64,000 nt of DNA from Vicugna vicugna. Lineage: Eukaryota. Of this stretch, positions 61,920 through 64,000 are shown piece by piece. The stretch is taken from contig MU058285.1 in the NCBI GenBank assembly GCA_013265495.1, positions 62,001-126,000 on the forward strand. The letters run 5' to 3'. The position numbers and the translations under genes are program-made. Numbering within the stretch: the stretch's first letter is position 1; each line of letters opens with the position of its first letter. Below the pieces are notes generated by a model that was not told the origin of the DNA, made no database searches, and saw only the letters and a list, made by a program, of their open reading frames with translations.

Positions 61920-63092
61920 CCTGTGACCATGGCTCACCTGTGTTTGCTCTCCTTGGAACCCCCTCCTCATCACAATCTCCGTCTGTCCGACCTGCTATCT
62001 TCCTCACAAGTATGGTACAGTATCTTCCACCGTAGGAAAAATATTCTTCCTTTACCTTGCATGCCCATCCTTCAGTAGCTCATTTCTTCATCCCTCATTC
62101 TTACGAGCGTACTTTGCTCTCTGTCCCAACGTCCTTGTTTTGTATTCTCTTTTGAATCAGCTACAGGCAGCTCTTGTCCCCACAACTTCACTAAACTGTT
62201 CCTTTGAAAGGCGCTGAGCACAAAGGGTGGTTTTCGGTCCTCATCTTCCTCGGTTCTGCAGGGGAATCTGGCACCAATGGTGACTCACCCTTCTTCAATT
62301 ACTTGTTTGAGTCAGAGGCACGTTCTCCGCATTCTCTCCTTCCTCACCAGCCACTCCTGAGTCTCCTAGCCTGCATACTCATTCGGATCCCAAATCCTAA
62401 ACTCAGAAGCTCCCCAGCGTTCAGCCATAGAAAATTGTTCTTCTCTATTTACTTTCGCTTGTACCTATGGATTGATGACTCTAAAGAACTGATGTGCACA
62501 CTCACCTGTTCTCTGAGTTCGCAGAAAAAGCCCTTCCAAAATCTGACCTCTGCCTCCCTCTCAACACCGTCTCCTTCTGCTCTTCTTCTCAGTCTCCACA
62601 CTCACTCACACAGGACTTATTTTTTCTTGAAGAAACAAAGCTGTCTTTCCTCAGGACCTTTTATCTGAGATTCGCTCTGCTTGGAATATTCTAGCTTTAC
62701 TTTTTTCATGACCTCTTATCATACTTCATTCAAGGCTCTCCTCAAATGTCACCTCCCTGACCACCTCGCCTAAAATGGCAGTGCCGATGCCCTACAATTA
62801 TTTCTTTGTCATATTGCTCATTATAATATTATATATCTCACTATTTAATACAGTTCATGTCAATATATTTTCTAAGATATGAATCAATACAATATTATCT
62901 AATATACTACATACTATTTGGCATAAAGTGGAAAAGTATAACATGCAATGTTAATTTAACATCATACAAGGACATAATATATCACTAGACTGTAAGCTCC
63001 CAGAGAGAAACTTTCCCTCTGTAGTTCCATCATCTATAAATAACAGTGTCTGACATATAGTAAGAATTTAAAATACTTTTTGAATGGCTGAA
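61920..63092 (+). mobile_element. LINE-2 (ORF remnant + 3' end)
   Basis: Pyrimidine-rich. Contains CCCCACAACTTCACTAAACTGTTC, TCGGTCCTCATCTTCCT, CTCAAATGTCACCTCC and CACTAGACTGTAAGCTCC...ACAGTGTCTGACATATAGTAAG..TTTTGAATG. Confidence 0.8.
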
Positions 63093-64000
63093 ATTACCTA
63101 AAAAACAATGATCCTGTTCTACTCTTTATGTAGTAATTTTTTTCATCCTTCCTCTCCCCTCCCCAACCCTGTTTTTTTCTGTTGAAGACACAAGGCTCAC
63201 TGCTGGGCCAGACAACAGTAATCTATAGGGATCAGAACTTAAATCCAGATCTTTTCACTATTTTTTACTTCGAATCCATTTTTCCCCACTATAGTGCTAC
63301 CTCTAATTATAATGTTTTTTAGAAGACATCCATTCATTTATATTATGGTTCCCCAATGGCATTTTCTGGCCACAGGATTTATTCATCAGGAAGATTTATT
63401 GAATATCTACTCTGAGGTCGCCACTCTATTGGTGCTTGGATCCAAAGACAAATAAATACTGTGCCTGCATTCAAGGAATTTTTGTCTTACATAAGTGAAC
63501 ATGCACAAAAATACTGCAATAATTTCTGGGGAAATTTTTCACCATTGTACCGTAAAATCCTCATGCTTCAACTTTAAAAATTCTGTATTCGGGATGAATC
63601 ACACACACACACATACACTCACAATACACACATATATATTTCATAACAAAGTTAATTGGATGGATGCTTGATATTAGTTTGTGTATTCTTTATTTAAACT
63701 TCAGGGCCAGATATAACCCCAGAAACACCTGGCCTCAGCAGGAAAAAATGATGTCATCTTATTTGTCAAAACGTGAGCATCAAAATCAGATGCTAGACTA
63801 GGAAACAGTAACTTCAGTTAAGATATCTCCACACGGTTCTTGCTTTCCAAAGAGAGTCACTGGAAATGAAGAGGCAAAGGCCATTTAAATTATTCAAATT
63901 TTCCAACTTGGAAAAAATTTTCAATACTTGTTCTTCACTCTGGATATCAGCTGTTTCTTTCACTTGCATTATCTTTCCATACACACATTTTTTCCAGGAT

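Noticed and set aside
62204..62668. Longest ORF (154 aa)
   Set aside because: Lies within a pyrimidine-rich L2 remnant, is Leu/Ser-rich as expected from composition, and has no splice or domain support.
1..64000. ORF-track entries as protein-coding genes
   Set aside because: All are short (60-154 aa), lack recognisable domains and often have low-complexity composition. Those with real motifs are fragments of L1 ORF2 (15213, 16681, 16755, 20684, 21018, 21265) or Tigger transposase (27142).

Overview
Mammalian, AT-rich, repeat-dense non-coding DNA (intergenic or deep intronic), most likely from a camelid (Camelus/Vicugna/Lama), judged from six tRNA-derived Vic-1-type SINEs. I recognise no protein-coding gene. 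The meaningful ORF-track entries are decayed LINE-1 ORF2 or Tigger transposase fragments, and the rest look spurious. The window holds L1s of several ages (including a ~7.7 kb nested antisense cluster at 19.5-27.2 kb), MaLR/ERV solo LTRs, MIR, L2, CR1/L3, DNA transposons and microsatellites. The most notable observations are: (1) a TSD-bounded, internally deleted L1 whose 5'UTR is fused to mid-ORF2, creating an in-frame Kozak ATG for an ORF1-less, endonuclease-less RT reading frame; (2) a polyadenylated LTR-transcript retrocopy whose target-site duplication appears to have seeded a (TG)20 microsatellite; (3) a twin-primed, 5'-inverted young L1; (4) a 34-nt tailless U2 snRNA retropseudogene with TSD; (5) an old ~0.4 kb local duplication with a perfectly retained 35-bp core; (6) several + strand promoter and splice-signal candidates suggesting an unannotated or long-intron transcript. 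Repeat family names come from my recall of consensus sequences, not a database search. Coordinates were counted by hand, and the boundaries of old repeats are approximate.
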